The notes below the pieces were generated by a model, which searched no databases, was not told where the DNA came from, and saw only the letters and a list, made by a program, of their open reading frames with translations. From Woeseiaceae bacterium (lineage in GTDB: Bacteria > Pseudomonadota > Gammaproteobacteria > Steroidobacterales > Woeseiaceae), in contig DATHRM010000192.1 of the NCBI GenBank assembly GCA_035465295.1, positions 164 to 64,163 on the forward strand: a DNA stretch of 64,000 nt. The letters run 5' to 3'. This document shows positions 48,786 through 58,586 of this stretch, piece by piece. The number at the start of each line of letters is the position of its first letter. Positions within the stretch are counted from its first letter, which is position 1. The position numbers and the translations under genes are program-made.

Positions 48786-49910
48786 ATGAGTCTATTCCAA
48801 TTCGGACCGCCAGCTCTGCTCGGCGTACTGTTCCTCGGCGCCTGTCAGTCCGACGCCCCCCCTGAAGCCGAAGGCTCCGAGGAAGAAACGCCGCCGGTCC
48901 CGGTCGAAACCAGCGCACCGGTTCGTGGTGACGTCTATGCCATGTACACGGGCACTGCGCCGATCGAGGCCTACGCGGAAGCGGACGTCATCGCCAAGGT
49001 CGACGGGGAAGTCCGCGAATTGCTCGTCGAGGAAGGGGATGAGGTGAGCAAGGGACAGGTCCTCGCGCGCCTGGACGGTGAGCGGTTGAAGCTTGAACTG
49101 GCCGAGTCCGAAGCGAAGCTTCGCAAGCTGCAGCGTGATTACGAACGCAACATCGACCTGAAGGCCAAGGGCCTGATCAGCGACGGTGACTTCGAAAAGA
49201 TCAAGTACGAGATGGAGGCGCTGGAAGCGGCGTTCAACCTGGCAAGCCTGGAACTCGATTACACGCAGATTCGGGCACCCATCGACGGGGTCATCGCCCG
49301 GCGATTCATCAAGCTCGGCAACACGATCAGCGAGGGCGACGCCCTGTTCAAAGTGACCAGCCTCGATCCGCTGGTGGCCTACCTGCACGTACCCGAACGC
49401 GAGTACAGGCACATCGATCCCGGCCAGCCCGTCGGCATCGAGATCGATGCCCTGGCAGGTGAACGGATCGCCGCGGCGGTCAGCCGGGTAAGCCCGGTCG
49501 TCGACCCACAGACCGGCACGTTCAAGATCACCGTGGAAATCGTCGACAGGGAGAGGCGTATCAAGCCGGGCATGTTCGGCCGCATCGGCGTGATTTACGA
49601 CGTGCATGAAAATGCACTCCAGGTACCGCGCAGCGCGATTATCGAGGACCAGGGCACGGCGAGCGTCTTCGTGGTCGAGGGTGATCGCGCGGTCAGGAGG
49701 CCGGTCGTTACCGGTTACGGTAACCGGGGCATGGTCGAGATAACGAGCGGGCTCGAGGACGGCGAACAGGTCGTCACCGTGGGACAGGCCAGCCTGAAGG
49801 AGGATTCACGAGTCACCGTCATCGGCCAGGCCGGCAGCACGGAACTCGCGAGGGACGCAAACGCGGCAAACGACGCACTAGCGGAAGCGGATGATGCGGC
49901 GGCTGATTGA
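48786..49910 (+). CDS. RND efflux periplasmic adaptor (MFP), lipoprotein, adaptor 2b
   Basis: Lipobox FLGACQ. IAKVDGEVRELLVEEGDEVSKGQVLARLD...IRAPIDGVIARR. It is clearly paralogous to 2a. Confidence 0.9.
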   Translation: MSLFQFGPPALLGVLFLGACQSDAPPEAEGSEEETPPVPVETSAPVRGDVYAMYTGTAPIEAYAEADVIAKVDGEVRELLVEEGDEVSKGQVLARLDGERLKLELAESEAKLRKLQRDYERNIDLKAKGLISDGDFEKIKYEMEALEAAFNLASLELDYTQIRAPIDGVIARRFIKLGNTISEGDALFKVTSLDPLVAYLHVPEREYRHIDPGQPVGIEIDALAGERIAAAVSRVSPVVDPQTGTFKITVEIVDRERRIKPGMFGRIGVIYDVHENALQVPRSAIIEDQGTASVFVVEGDRAVRRPVVTGYGNRGMVEITSGLEDGEQVVTVGQASLKEDSRVTVIGQAGSTELARDANAANDALAEADDAAAD

Positions 49911-52900
49911 AATCGCGACCGAGCGCCGCGTCACGGTCGTCATGATCATGGTTGCGGTGGGGCTCTTCGGAATGGTGTCCCTGTCGAGGCTGAATCTGAA
50001 CCTGTTACCCGACGTCTCCTACCCGACGGTCACCATCCGCACCGAACTCACCGGCGCGGCGCCCGTTGAAGTCGAAAACCTGGTCACCAAGCCGATCGAG
50101 GAAGCCGTCGGCGTCATCCGCAACGTCAGGCTCGTCCGCTCGGTTTCCCGCTCCGGGCAATCCGACGTTACGCTGGAGTTCCTGTGGGGAACCGATATGG
50201 ACGTCGCGGGAGTCGAGGTCCGCGAAAAGCTGGACCTCCTGTTCCTGCCGCTGGAGGCGAGCCGTCCGCTGTTGCTGCGTTTCGATCCCTCGTCCGAACC
50301 CATTATGCGGCTCGGGCTTCTGTACGGCGAATCGGCGAATGCAGCGGACGCCGCCGCACCGCGGCTGAAAACATTGCGGCGCCTCGCGGAAGATCGTATC
50401 AAGACCGACCTGGAAGCCGAGGAAGGCACCGCCGCCGTAAAGGTCAGCGGCGGCCTCGAGGACGAAATCCAGATCCAGGTCGATCAACAGAAACTGTCGC
50501 AGCTCGGCATCGGCATCGAGCAGGTCGCGGAACGGATCCGGGCCGAAAACGTCAATCTCTCGGGTGGCCGCCTGGAGGAAGGCGACCAGCGATTCCTCGT
50601 TCGCACGCTGAACGAATTCGAATCGGTCGCGGAGTTCAACGACGCGATCGTCGCCTACGTTGCCGGCCGTCCCGTATACCTGCGTGACATCGCAACGGTC
50701 GAACGCGGCTACAAGGAACGCGAGGCCATCACGCGCGTGAAGGGGCGCGAATCGGTCGAGCTCGCAATTTACAAGGAGGGCGACGCGAATACCGTGCAGG
50801 TCGCGAATCGCCTCGAGGAGCGCCTGGGCCGCGTTCGCGAGTCGCTGCCCGAAGACATGGAACTCGTCAAGATCTACGATCAGTCGCGCTTCATCTCGTC
50901 CGCGGTCGATAACGTCAAGAATGCTGCGCTCGTTGGCGGCCTGTTTGCCATCATCGTGTTATACGGTTTTCTTCGCGACGCCCGCTCGACGGCCATCGTC
51001 GGCATCGCGATACCGATCTCGGTCATCGGCACGTTCCTGTTGATGTACACCAATAACGTCTCGCTGAACATCATGTCGCTGGGGGGCATTGCGCTGGCCG
51101 TGGGCATGCTCGTCGACAACTCCATCGTCGTGCTCGAGAATATCGTGCGCAAGCGTGAACAGGGCGAGGGTATCGCCGAGTCGGCCACGAACGGCACCTC
51201 TGAAGTGGCATCGGCGGTCGTCGCAGCGACGCTTACCACCATCGCGGTCTTTTTTCCGATGGTCTTCATCTCCGGCATCGCCGGGCAGCTGTTTCGCGAC
51301 CAGGCGCTGACGGTGACCTTCGCGCTGATTTTCTCGCTCATCGTCGCCCTGACGGTAATCCCGATGCTGTCGTCACTCGGCGCCGGCAGCCGCTATGTCG
51401 ATGAAAATGAGAACGGACCCCCCGGGCGTTTTACGCGGCTCGTCGCGGCCGTCGTCAGGGCGTTCGGATTCCTGTTCCGGGGCGTGCGATGGGTTTTCTG
51501 GGCGCTCCTGTGGCTGCCCACGCAGCTGTTCCAGAGACTCTACAGCGCCGCCGCCGCTGTCTACCCGGCACTGTTGCGCTGGTCACTCCGGCACCGCGCC
51601 GCGGTCGTCGTCTCCGCGCTGCTGATCTTCGCCGGCAGCATGGCGCTCGTGCCGCGCCTGGGTACCGAGCTGATTCCGCAGCTGTCACAGGGCGAATTCA
51701 ATGCGGACCTCAGGTTGCCGCCCGGCGCTACCCTGGCGGAGACGGATCGTGCGATCCAGGCAGCGCAGAGCGCCACGCAGGACATCGATACGGTTGCACT
51801 CGATTATTCGGTGGCCGGAACCGGCAACCGGCTCGACGCAAACCCCGTCGATGCCGGCGACAACACGGGCACGCTCAGCGTGGCCCTGGTGCCGGGTGCC
51901 GGCCGCGACGACGAGAACGCCGCAATGGAGGCGATGCGCCGGAAATTGTCCGCAATCCCCGGCGTGCAATACGAGTTTTCCAGGCCCTCCCTGCTGAGCT
52001 TCTCCAGCCCGCTGCAGATCGAGATCGCGGGCTACAACCTCGAGCAACTCGGCCTGGTAAGCCAGGCCGTCGTTTCGCAGATGTCGAACGACGACCGCTT
52101 CACCGACATCAGGACAACCGTCGAAAACGGTAATCCCGAAATTCAAATCGTCTTCGACCAGGAGCGTGCCGCGAAACTCGGGCTGGCGGTGCGCGACATC
52201 GCAGACCGCGTCGTGGCAAGCGTGCGCGGCGAAGTCGCCACCCGCTATACCTGGCGAGACCGCAAGATCGACGTGCTCGTGCGCAGCGTCGACACGCGCC
52301 AGTCCAGTATCGACGAGATCCGCCGCCTGATCGTCAACCCGGAGTCGGCAAGGCCGGTCACGCTCGAGGCCGTCGCAACCGTCGACATTGCCCGCGGTCC
52401 CGCCGAAATACGCCGTGTCGCCCAGGAGCGCGTCGCGATCGTCACGGCCAACGTGGCCTCCGGCGATCTCGGCGCCGCTGCCGCCGCCGCGGGCGACATC
52501 CTCGACAGCATCCCGATGCCGTCGGGAATCACCGCGGCCGTGTCCGGCCAGAGCGAGGAAATGCAGGACTCCTTCACGTCGATGCAGTTCGCCCTGGCGC
52601 TGGCCATCTTCCTCGTTTATCTCGTCATGGCATCGCAATTCGAGTCGCTGATTCACCCGTTCGTAATCCTGTTCACGATCCCTCTGGCACTGGTGGGTGC
52701 CGTGCTCGCGCTGTTCGTGACCGGCACGACGATCAACATCGTCGTATTTATCGGCGTCATCATGCTTGCGGGCATCGTCGTCAATAACGCCATCGTGCTC
52801 GTCGACCTCATCAACCAGTTGCGCGCGAAAGGCAAGGACCGTTTCGACGCCATCATGGAGGCCGGCACAGCCAGGCTGCGGCCGATATTGATGACCTCGT

Positions 52901-53106
52901 TGACGACGGCACTCGGTCTGCTGCCGATGGCGTTGGGTTTTGGTGAGGGTTCGGAAGTAAGAACGCCAATGGCAATCACGGTAATCGGCGGACTGCTGGT
53001 ATCGACACTGCTCACGCTGGTGGTGATCCCGGTCGTCTATTCGCTCATGGATCGCAAAAGCCGCTTCGCAACCGTCGGCCTGGCTGTAACGCAGAGCCGG
53101 TCATGA
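49891..53106 (+). CDS. RND efflux permease, pump 2a
   Basis: 1071 aa RND architecture. It overlaps the adaptor 2b stop by 20 nt. Confidence 0.95.
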   Translation: MMRRLIEIATERRVTVVMIMVAVGLFGMVSLSRLNLNLLPDVSYPTVTIRTELTGAAPVEVENLVTKPIEEAVGVIRNVRLVRSVSRSGQSDVTLEFLWGTDMDVAGVEVREKLDLLFLPLEASRPLLLRFDPSSEPIMRLGLLYGESANAADAAAPRLKTLRRLAEDRIKTDLEAEEGTAAVKVSGGLEDEIQIQVDQQKLSQLGIGIEQVAERIRAENVNLSGGRLEEGDQRFLVRTLNEFESVAEFNDAIVAYVAGRPVYLRDIATVERGYKEREAITRVKGRESVELAIYKEGDANTVQVANRLEERLGRVRESLPEDMELVKIYDQSRFISSAVDNVKNAALVGGLFAIIVLYGFLRDARSTAIVGIAIPISVIGTFLLMYTNNVSLNIMSLGGIALAVGMLVDNSIVVLENIVRKREQGEGIAESATNGTSEVASAVVAATLTTIAVFFPMVFISGIAGQLFRDQALTVTFALIFSLIVALTVIPMLSSLGAGSRYVDENENGPPGRFTRLVAAVVRAFGFLFRGVRWVFWALLWLPTQLFQRLYSAAAAVYPALLRWSLRHRAAVVVSALLIFAGSMALVPRLGTELIPQLSQGEFNADLRLPPGATLAETDRAIQAAQSATQDIDTVALDYSVAGTGNRLDANPVDAGDNTGTLSVALVPGAGRDDENAAMEAMRRKLSAIPGVQYEFSRPSLLSFSSPLQIEIAGYNLEQLGLVSQAVVSQMSNDDRFTDIRTTVENGNPEIQIVFDQERAAKLGLAVRDIADRVVASVRGEVATRYTWRDRKIDVLVRSVDTRQSSIDEIRRLIVNPESARPVTLEAVATVDIARGPAEIRRVAQERVAIVTANVASGDLGAAAAAAGDILDSIPMPSGITAAVSGQSEEMQDSFTSMQFALALAIFLVYLVMASQFESLIHPFVILFTIPLALVGAVLALFVTGTTINIVVFIGVIMLAGIVVNNAIVLVDLINQLRAKGKDRFDAIMEAGTARLRPILMTSLTTALGLLPMALGFGEGSEVRTPMAITVIGGLLVSTLLTLVVIPVVYSLMDRKSRFATVGLAVTQSRS

Positions 53107-56100
53107 AGCACACGGAGATCGCATTGCGGCGGCCGGTCACCACCGTGGTCGCGTTCGTCGCGCTCGCCCTGGTGGGACTGATCGCCTCCCGCCTGCTGCC
53201 GCTCGAGAAGTTCCCGGATATCGAGTTCCCCGGGATCTTCATCCAGATCCCGTACGAGGGATCGTCGCCCGAGGAAATCGAGCGGCTGATCACGCGGCCC
53301 GTCGAGGAAGCGCTTGCGACCCTGTCCGGCGTGGAACGCATGTCGTCAACGTCGACGGAAAACGACGCACAGATCTTCCTGCAGTTCGACTGGGACCAGA
53401 ACATGGGGGCGAAGGGTATCGAGGCCCGCTCCAAGGTCGACGGCATCCGCCATCAACTGCCCGACGACGTCCGCCGGGTGTTCGTGTTCACAGGGTCGCT
53501 GGGCGACCAGCCCGTGCTGCAGCTGCGCATCTCCAGCGACCGCGACCTGTCCGACAGTTACGACCTGCTCGATCGCCTCCTCAAACGCCGGCTCGAGCGC
53601 ATCGACGGCGTGTCCCGCGTCGACCTGCAGGGCGTCGATCCCCGCGAAATTCGCATCCTCCTGAATGCAGACATGATCGCGGCATACGGCATCGACGTGG
53701 CCGACCTTCGCGATCTCCTGACACGCAGCAATTTTGCCGTCAATGCGGGACGATTGACCGCCGGCGACCAGCGGCTCAGCGTCCGGCCGCGCGGCGAGTT
53801 CGGTTCGGTCGATGACATACGCAATCTCGTCGTCTCCGAGGACGGGCTGCGCCTGGGCGACATTGCACGCGTCGAGCTGCGCACGCCAGAACGAAACTAC
53901 GGGCGCCATCTCGACCGCAACTATGCAATCGGCGTATCGATCAACAAGACCACGGGCTCCAATCTCGTCGACGTGACGGATCGAGTCATCGCCGAGGTCG
54001 AGGAAGTCGGCAAATTGCCGCAAATGAGCGGGATCAATATCTTTCCGCTGGACAATGCGGGCGACAGCGTACGCAAATCGCTCTCCGACCTCCTCAACGC
54101 CGGCCTGCTCGGCGGCCTGCTCGCCATCGTCGTGCTGTACCTCTTCCTGCGGCAACTGTCCACGACCCTGATCGTCATCTCCTCGGTGCCGTTCTCGCTC
54201 CTGATCACGCTGGGCGCGCTCTATTTTGCCGGGCTCTCGCTGAATATCCTGTCGATGATGGGGCTCATGCTCGCCATCGGCATGCTCGTCGACAACGCGG
54301 TCGTCGTCACCGAGAGTATTTTCAGGCACCGGGCGATGGACAAGGCCAGGCCTTTCGACGCTACGCTGAAAGGTGTGCGGGAAGTCGGGACCGCAGTAAT
54401 TGCGGGCACGGCGACAACCATTATCGTCTTTGCGCCGATCATCGTCGGCACCAAGAACGACATCATGGTATTCCTCACCCATGTGGCCGTAACGATCATC
54501 GTTGCCCTGCTGGCCTCGCTCCTGATTGCGCAGACCCTCGTCCCGATGCTCGCGGCCCGGATTCGCCTGCCGAAGCCACCGAAACGGGGCGCACTGATCC
54601 CGAGGCTGACCCGGGCTTACACGAACAGCCTTCGCTGGATCATTGCCCACCCCTGGTGGACTGGCCTCGGTATCGCCATGACCTGCGTTATCGGCGTTAT
54701 GCCCCTGGTGCTGCAGCTGGTCAAGTTCGACATGTTCCCCCAGGACGTCGGCCGGCGGTTGTACATGCAGTATCACATCGAGGGTCGCCATCCGGTGGAA
54801 CGCGTCGAGGCCGCCGTCGACAAAATCGAAGAATACCTGTTCTCCCGACAGGAGGAATTCAACATCCGTTCCCTCTACAGCTATTACGACCAGGGCCAGG
54901 CGCAGTCCGCGTTGCTGTTGACCGAAGAGGAAGACGCGACGCTGTCGACGAAAGAAATCATAAAGCGTATCGAGGCCGATATGCCGACACTCGCCATCGG
55001 CAAGCCGTCTTTCCAGTTCGACCAGCAGGGTGGCGGCGAAGGATTCACGGTACAGATTTCCGGCGATTCGACGGAATTGCTGAACCAGCTGGGCAACGAG
55101 GTCGCCCGCGCATTGTCATCGATCGAGGGCCTGAAGGACGTGCGCTCCGACGCCGAGTCGGGTGAGAACGAGGTGCGCGTCTCGATCGATCGCGACCGGG
55201 CGGCCAAAGCCGGCCTGACCGCTTCGGACATCGCGCAAACGATCGCCATTGCCATGCGTGGCGAAAACATGCGGGAATTTCGCGGGCAGACCGGCGAGAT
55301 CGAAGTCAGGCTCGCGTTCCGGGAAGACGACAAACAAAGCGTCGAGCAGCTTGCCAACCTGCCGCTGTTTACGCCGGACGGCAAACGCATAAATCTCGGC
55401 AGTGTCGCCTCCCTTCACGTCGGGCGGTCGCCGGCGACGATTCGCCGCACGGACAGGCAGACCGCCGTAATCCTCTCCGGCAATCTCGAGGACGGCTTCA
55501 GCGCCGAGGACATCAGGCCGGATGTCAGGAGCCTCATGGACCAGATAGAGCTGCCGCCTGGCTACAGCTGGAAAGAAGGTCGCGGCTTCGAGCGGGCGGA
55601 CGAGACGCAGGCCATGATGGCCACGAATATCCTGCTCGGCATCGCATGTATCTTCCTGGTCATGGCGGCGCTGTTCGAATCGCTGTTATTGCCGTTCTCG
55701 ATCATACTCGGCTCAATCCTGTTTTCGATATTCGGGGTTTTCCTTTTTTTCGCAGCGACCGGCACGACGTTTTCGTTCATGGCCATGATCGGCATCATGA
55801 TTCTCATCGGGGTGGTCGTTAACAATGGCATCGTACTCGTCGATCACGTCAACAACCTGCGTGGCGACGGGCTGTCACGAAGCGAAGCAATCGTCGAGGC
55901 GGGACGCGACAGGCTGCGGCCGATCCTGATGACCGTCGCCACGACGATTGTCGGACTGACGCCGCTTGCGCTCGGCACCACCCAGATCGGCGGCGACGGG
56001 CCGCCTTACTATCCCATGGCCCGCGCCATCATCGGCGGCCTCGCATTTTCCACCATCGTCTCGCTGTTCGTGGTCCCCGCCCTTTATATTTACTTCGACA

Positions 56101-56183
56101 AGCTGGCGGCATGGGGCAGGAAAGTCATGCGTACCGCACGCCACCAGGGCGCGGCTATTTCAGGCGGTGCCGCTGTTTCGTGA
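53103..56183 (+). CDS. RND efflux permease, pump 2b
   Basis: 1026 aa RND architecture. An ATGA start/stop overlap links it to pump 2a. Confidence 0.95.
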   Translation: MKHTEIALRRPVTTVVAFVALALVGLIASRLLPLEKFPDIEFPGIFIQIPYEGSSPEEIERLITRPVEEALATLSGVERMSSTSTENDAQIFLQFDWDQNMGAKGIEARSKVDGIRHQLPDDVRRVFVFTGSLGDQPVLQLRISSDRDLSDSYDLLDRLLKRRLERIDGVSRVDLQGVDPREIRILLNADMIAAYGIDVADLRDLLTRSNFAVNAGRLTAGDQRLSVRPRGEFGSVDDIRNLVVSEDGLRLGDIARVELRTPERNYGRHLDRNYAIGVSINKTTGSNLVDVTDRVIAEVEEVGKLPQMSGINIFPLDNAGDSVRKSLSDLLNAGLLGGLLAIVVLYLFLRQLSTTLIVISSVPFSLLITLGALYFAGLSLNILSMMGLMLAIGMLVDNAVVVTESIFRHRAMDKARPFDATLKGVREVGTAVIAGTATTIIVFAPIIVGTKNDIMVFLTHVAVTIIVALLASLLIAQTLVPMLAARIRLPKPPKRGALIPRLTRAYTNSLRWIIAHPWWTGLGIAMTCVIGVMPLVLQLVKFDMFPQDVGRRLYMQYHIEGRHPVERVEAAVDKIEEYLFSRQEEFNIRSLYSYYDQGQAQSALLLTEEEDATLSTKEIIKRIEADMPTLAIGKPSFQFDQQGGGEGFTVQISGDSTELLNQLGNEVARALSSIEGLKDVRSDAESGENEVRVSIDRDRAAKAGLTASDIAQTIAIAMRGENMREFRGQTGEIEVRLAFREDDKQSVEQLANLPLFTPDGKRINLGSVASLHVGRSPATIRRTDRQTAVILSGNLEDGFSAEDIRPDVRSLMDQIELPPGYSWKEGRGFERADETQAMMATNILLGIACIFLVMAALFESLLLPFSIILGSILFSIFGVFLFFAATGTTFSFMAMIGIMILIGVVVNNGIVLVDHVNNLRGDGLSRSEAIVEAGRDRLRPILMTVATTIVGLTPLALGTTQIGGDGPPYYPMARAIIGGLAFSTIVSLFVVPALYIYFDKLAAWGRKVMRTARHQGAAISGGAAVS

Positions 56184-56955
56184 AACGGCGCAGACCGGAG
56201 ACGGTTGCGGAGACGCCAAGTACCAACAGCAATAACAGGCCGCTTGCGCCACCGCCGCCGCTGTTGACCGTTATCCGGGTCTCGGGCGCAGGGGCATCCC
56301 GGTCCATGTCCTCGAGCGGCAGGAAGGCAAGTTCCGACGTATCCTCGGGACCGAAGTAGGCGAGAAACTCGGAGGTGCCGGCATCGAAAACCTCGATGAG
56401 GATGTCGTAGTCACCTCTCGGGTAGCCGGATACCAGGTCCGTCACGATGACATAGTCGTCGGCGCCGGACGAACCGAAGATTGTGAAGTCCTCGGTTACC
56501 GCGTACTCCTCCCACGGCCCGCCTTCGTAACTCAGGTAAGCCACGGCGTAGATATCCGCCACGGAGTAGTACGTGTCGACGTCGAACAGCAGGTCGATAC
56601 CGGAATAGTAACCGTCCCGGTCACTATCGCCGTAGAGTTCGACATCCGCGAGATGGAACCAGAAATCCACGTTCGGCGACATCGAAACTCCCGACTCGGC
56701 CTTGGATTGCGAGTTCGAGCGGGTCTTCTCCCGGCTTGCACCGTTGGAGCCCAGCGGTTCGTACTCGTCGCGGGTTTCCTTGATGGTGACGGCATTGTCG
56801 CGCCCGTCCCCCTTCAGGTGCGTCGAGTAAGTAACGCGTTTGTCGCCTTCGTCCCCGGCGACTGCGGCCGCAGACGTTGCCGAGATCAGAACGAGCAGCG
56901 CCGCTGCGAGCAGCAACGCGATTGCAGGTTTCTTGTCCAGCTTTGCCGTGATCAT
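56155..56955 (-). CDS. Secreted protein with GlyGly-CTERM-like sorting tail
   Basis: Signal peptide. C-terminus ...NSGGGGASGLLLLLVLGVSATVSGLRRFTKQRHRLK is a Gly run, then a TM helix, then a basic tail. GAGGA lies 7 nt upstream of the ATG. Confidence 0.65.
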   Translation of the reverse strand: MITAKLDKKPAIALLLAAALLVLISATSAAAVAGDEGDKRVTYSTHLKGDGRDNAVTIKETRDEYEPLGSNGASREKTRSNSQSKAESGVSMSPNVDFWFHLADVELYGDSDRDGYYSGIDLLFDVDTYYSVADIYAVAYLSYEGGPWEEYAVTEDFTIFGSSGADDYVIVTDLVSGYPRGDYDILIEVFDAGTSEFLAYFGPEDTSELAFLPLEDMDRDAPAPETRITVNSGGGGASGLLLLLVLGVSATVSGLRRFTKQRHRLK

Positions 56956-57094
56956 GACTTCATCCTCGGTTTCGTTATTCGACGATTACATTTAACGCGA
57001 GAACGCATGAATCAAAGCTGAATTGCTGGGAACCCTGCACGGCGCGTGAGAATATGTAGAAAAGGCTTGTCCCGCTCGAGGTCCTCGTTTATCC

Positions 57095-58057
57095 GTGGTT
57101 CAGGAAACTCCCAGCGCACCGGTCGGTAAAGCGATTGGCCTGTTGCTCTTCGGAGTAATGGGCGGACTCGGGCTGGACCTGTGTGCCAAGGCGATACTCG
57201 AGACCTATCCCCTCGAACAGTTCGTCTTTCTTCGCAGCCTCATCGGACTCGTTTTGTTCATCTCACTCGCAGGACGGTTTGGCGGGCTGGGAAGCCTCGT
57301 CACGAACCGCTGGCGCTGGCACTTGCTGCGCACCCTGCTTGCATCGGGCGCAATGTTCGGCTTCTTCTTCGGCCTCTCGAAGATGCCACTGATAGACGCA
57401 TTGACACTGGGCTTCACGGCGCCATTGATCATGACGGCGCTTTCGGTGCCGCTACTGGGCGAACAGGTGGGCTGGCGGCGCTGGCTTGCCGTCATCGCGG
57501 GATTCGCCGGCGTGCTGATGATCCTCCGTCCGGGCACGGGTACCCTGTCACCGGCGGCGTTGAGCGTCCTTTTCGCAGCCCTTTGCTACGCCTGCCTCGC
57601 AATCACCGCGCGCAAGCTCGCGGATACGGAATCCACATTCGGACTGTCTGTTTACGTCGTCGCCGGACCGATGATCATCGCCGGCTTTCTCTCGATTGAC
57701 GGGGACTGGATAGCGCCGGATGCTGCAGGCTGGACGTTGTTTCTCGCCGCCGGAACATGCTCGGTAATAGCCTGGATCGGCATGGTTGGCGGTTACCGGC
57801 GAGCGCCCCCTGCCGTGCTCGCCCCTTTCGAATACACGGCACTTATCGCGGGCGCGGCAGCGGGCTACCTGATCTGGGATGAAGTGCCTGATCGCTGGGT
57901 AATCGCGGGCGCAGTGGTTATTATCTCGTCGGGCCTTTACATCGTGTATCGCGAGATCGGAACCGCTACCTCGATGCGTTACCTGCGCGCGCTCACGGCC
58001 AGCGGCAGTGCATTATTGTCGCGGCGCCGCCGTCCGGAGGGAAATCCGGACGCGTGA
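57095..58057 (+). CDS. DMT (EamA-type) transporter
   Basis: About 10 TM helices with a duplicated EamA pattern. GTG start. Confidence 0.85.
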   Translation: MVQETPSAPVGKAIGLLLFGVMGGLGLDLCAKAILETYPLEQFVFLRSLIGLVLFISLAGRFGGLGSLVTNRWRWHLLRTLLASGAMFGFFFGLSKMPLIDALTLGFTAPLIMTALSVPLLGEQVGWRRWLAVIAGFAGVLMILRPGTGTLSPAALSVLFAALCYACLAITARKLADTESTFGLSVYVVAGPMIIAGFLSIDGDWIAPDAAGWTLFLAAGTCSVIAWIGMVGGYRRAPPAVLAPFEYTALIAGAAAGYLIWDEVPDRWVIAGAVVIISSGLYIVYREIGTATSMRYLRALTASGSALLSRRRRPEGNPDA

Positions 58058-58058
58058 T

Positions 58059-58511
58059 TCAGCTGTTGTCGACGTCGCCCGCCACCAGCCCGGCGATCTG
58101 CGCCGGCGTCACGCCCAGCGCATTCGCAACGCCATTGAAAAAATCGATTTCCAGCGGATTCACGACGTGGTCACTGCGGAAAATGCTCGCCAGTGCATGA
58201 ATCGTCTCGGCCCGGTGCTCGGGTTTCATCTTGCTCCGTACCTTGGACAGGTACTTTCGCAGATTTGCTTCCGCGTACAGCTCCGCGCGAGCGGCGACCC
58301 GCACGTCTGCGGCACTGACGTCCTCCCCGGTGTGCTTCTTGATGATCTCCTGGATCGTCTCGACCTCGATGGACTGGATATTGATGTCCGCGTCGGCGGC
58401 TCTTGCGAGGGTCATCAGGAGCACTTCCTTGAACAACTCGTTCTGCTTGTCTTCGCCGATGTCCGAGCCGCCGAAGATGTTCAATACGTTCTTGAGATCT
58501 GCGAGTGCCAT
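58059..58511 (-). CDS. TerB-like (tellurite-resistance TerB family) protein
   Basis: 150 aa helical protein whose pattern resembles the TerB/DUF533 fold. GGAGAGAGGA lies upstream of the ATG at 58511. Confidence 0.6.
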   Translation of the reverse strand: MALADLKNVLNIFGGSDIGEDKQNELFKEVLLMTLARAADADINIQSIEVETIQEIIKKHTGEDVSAADVRVAARAELYAEANLRKYLSKVRSKMKPEHRAETIHALASIFRSDHVVNPLEIDFFNGVANALGVTPAQIAGLVAGDVDNS

Positions 58512-58586
58512 TACGTCCTCTCTCCCGGGTTCTTGATTGTTCGAATACGGTTGCCGCACGGCTGGCAAGGGCCAGAGTATACACTG

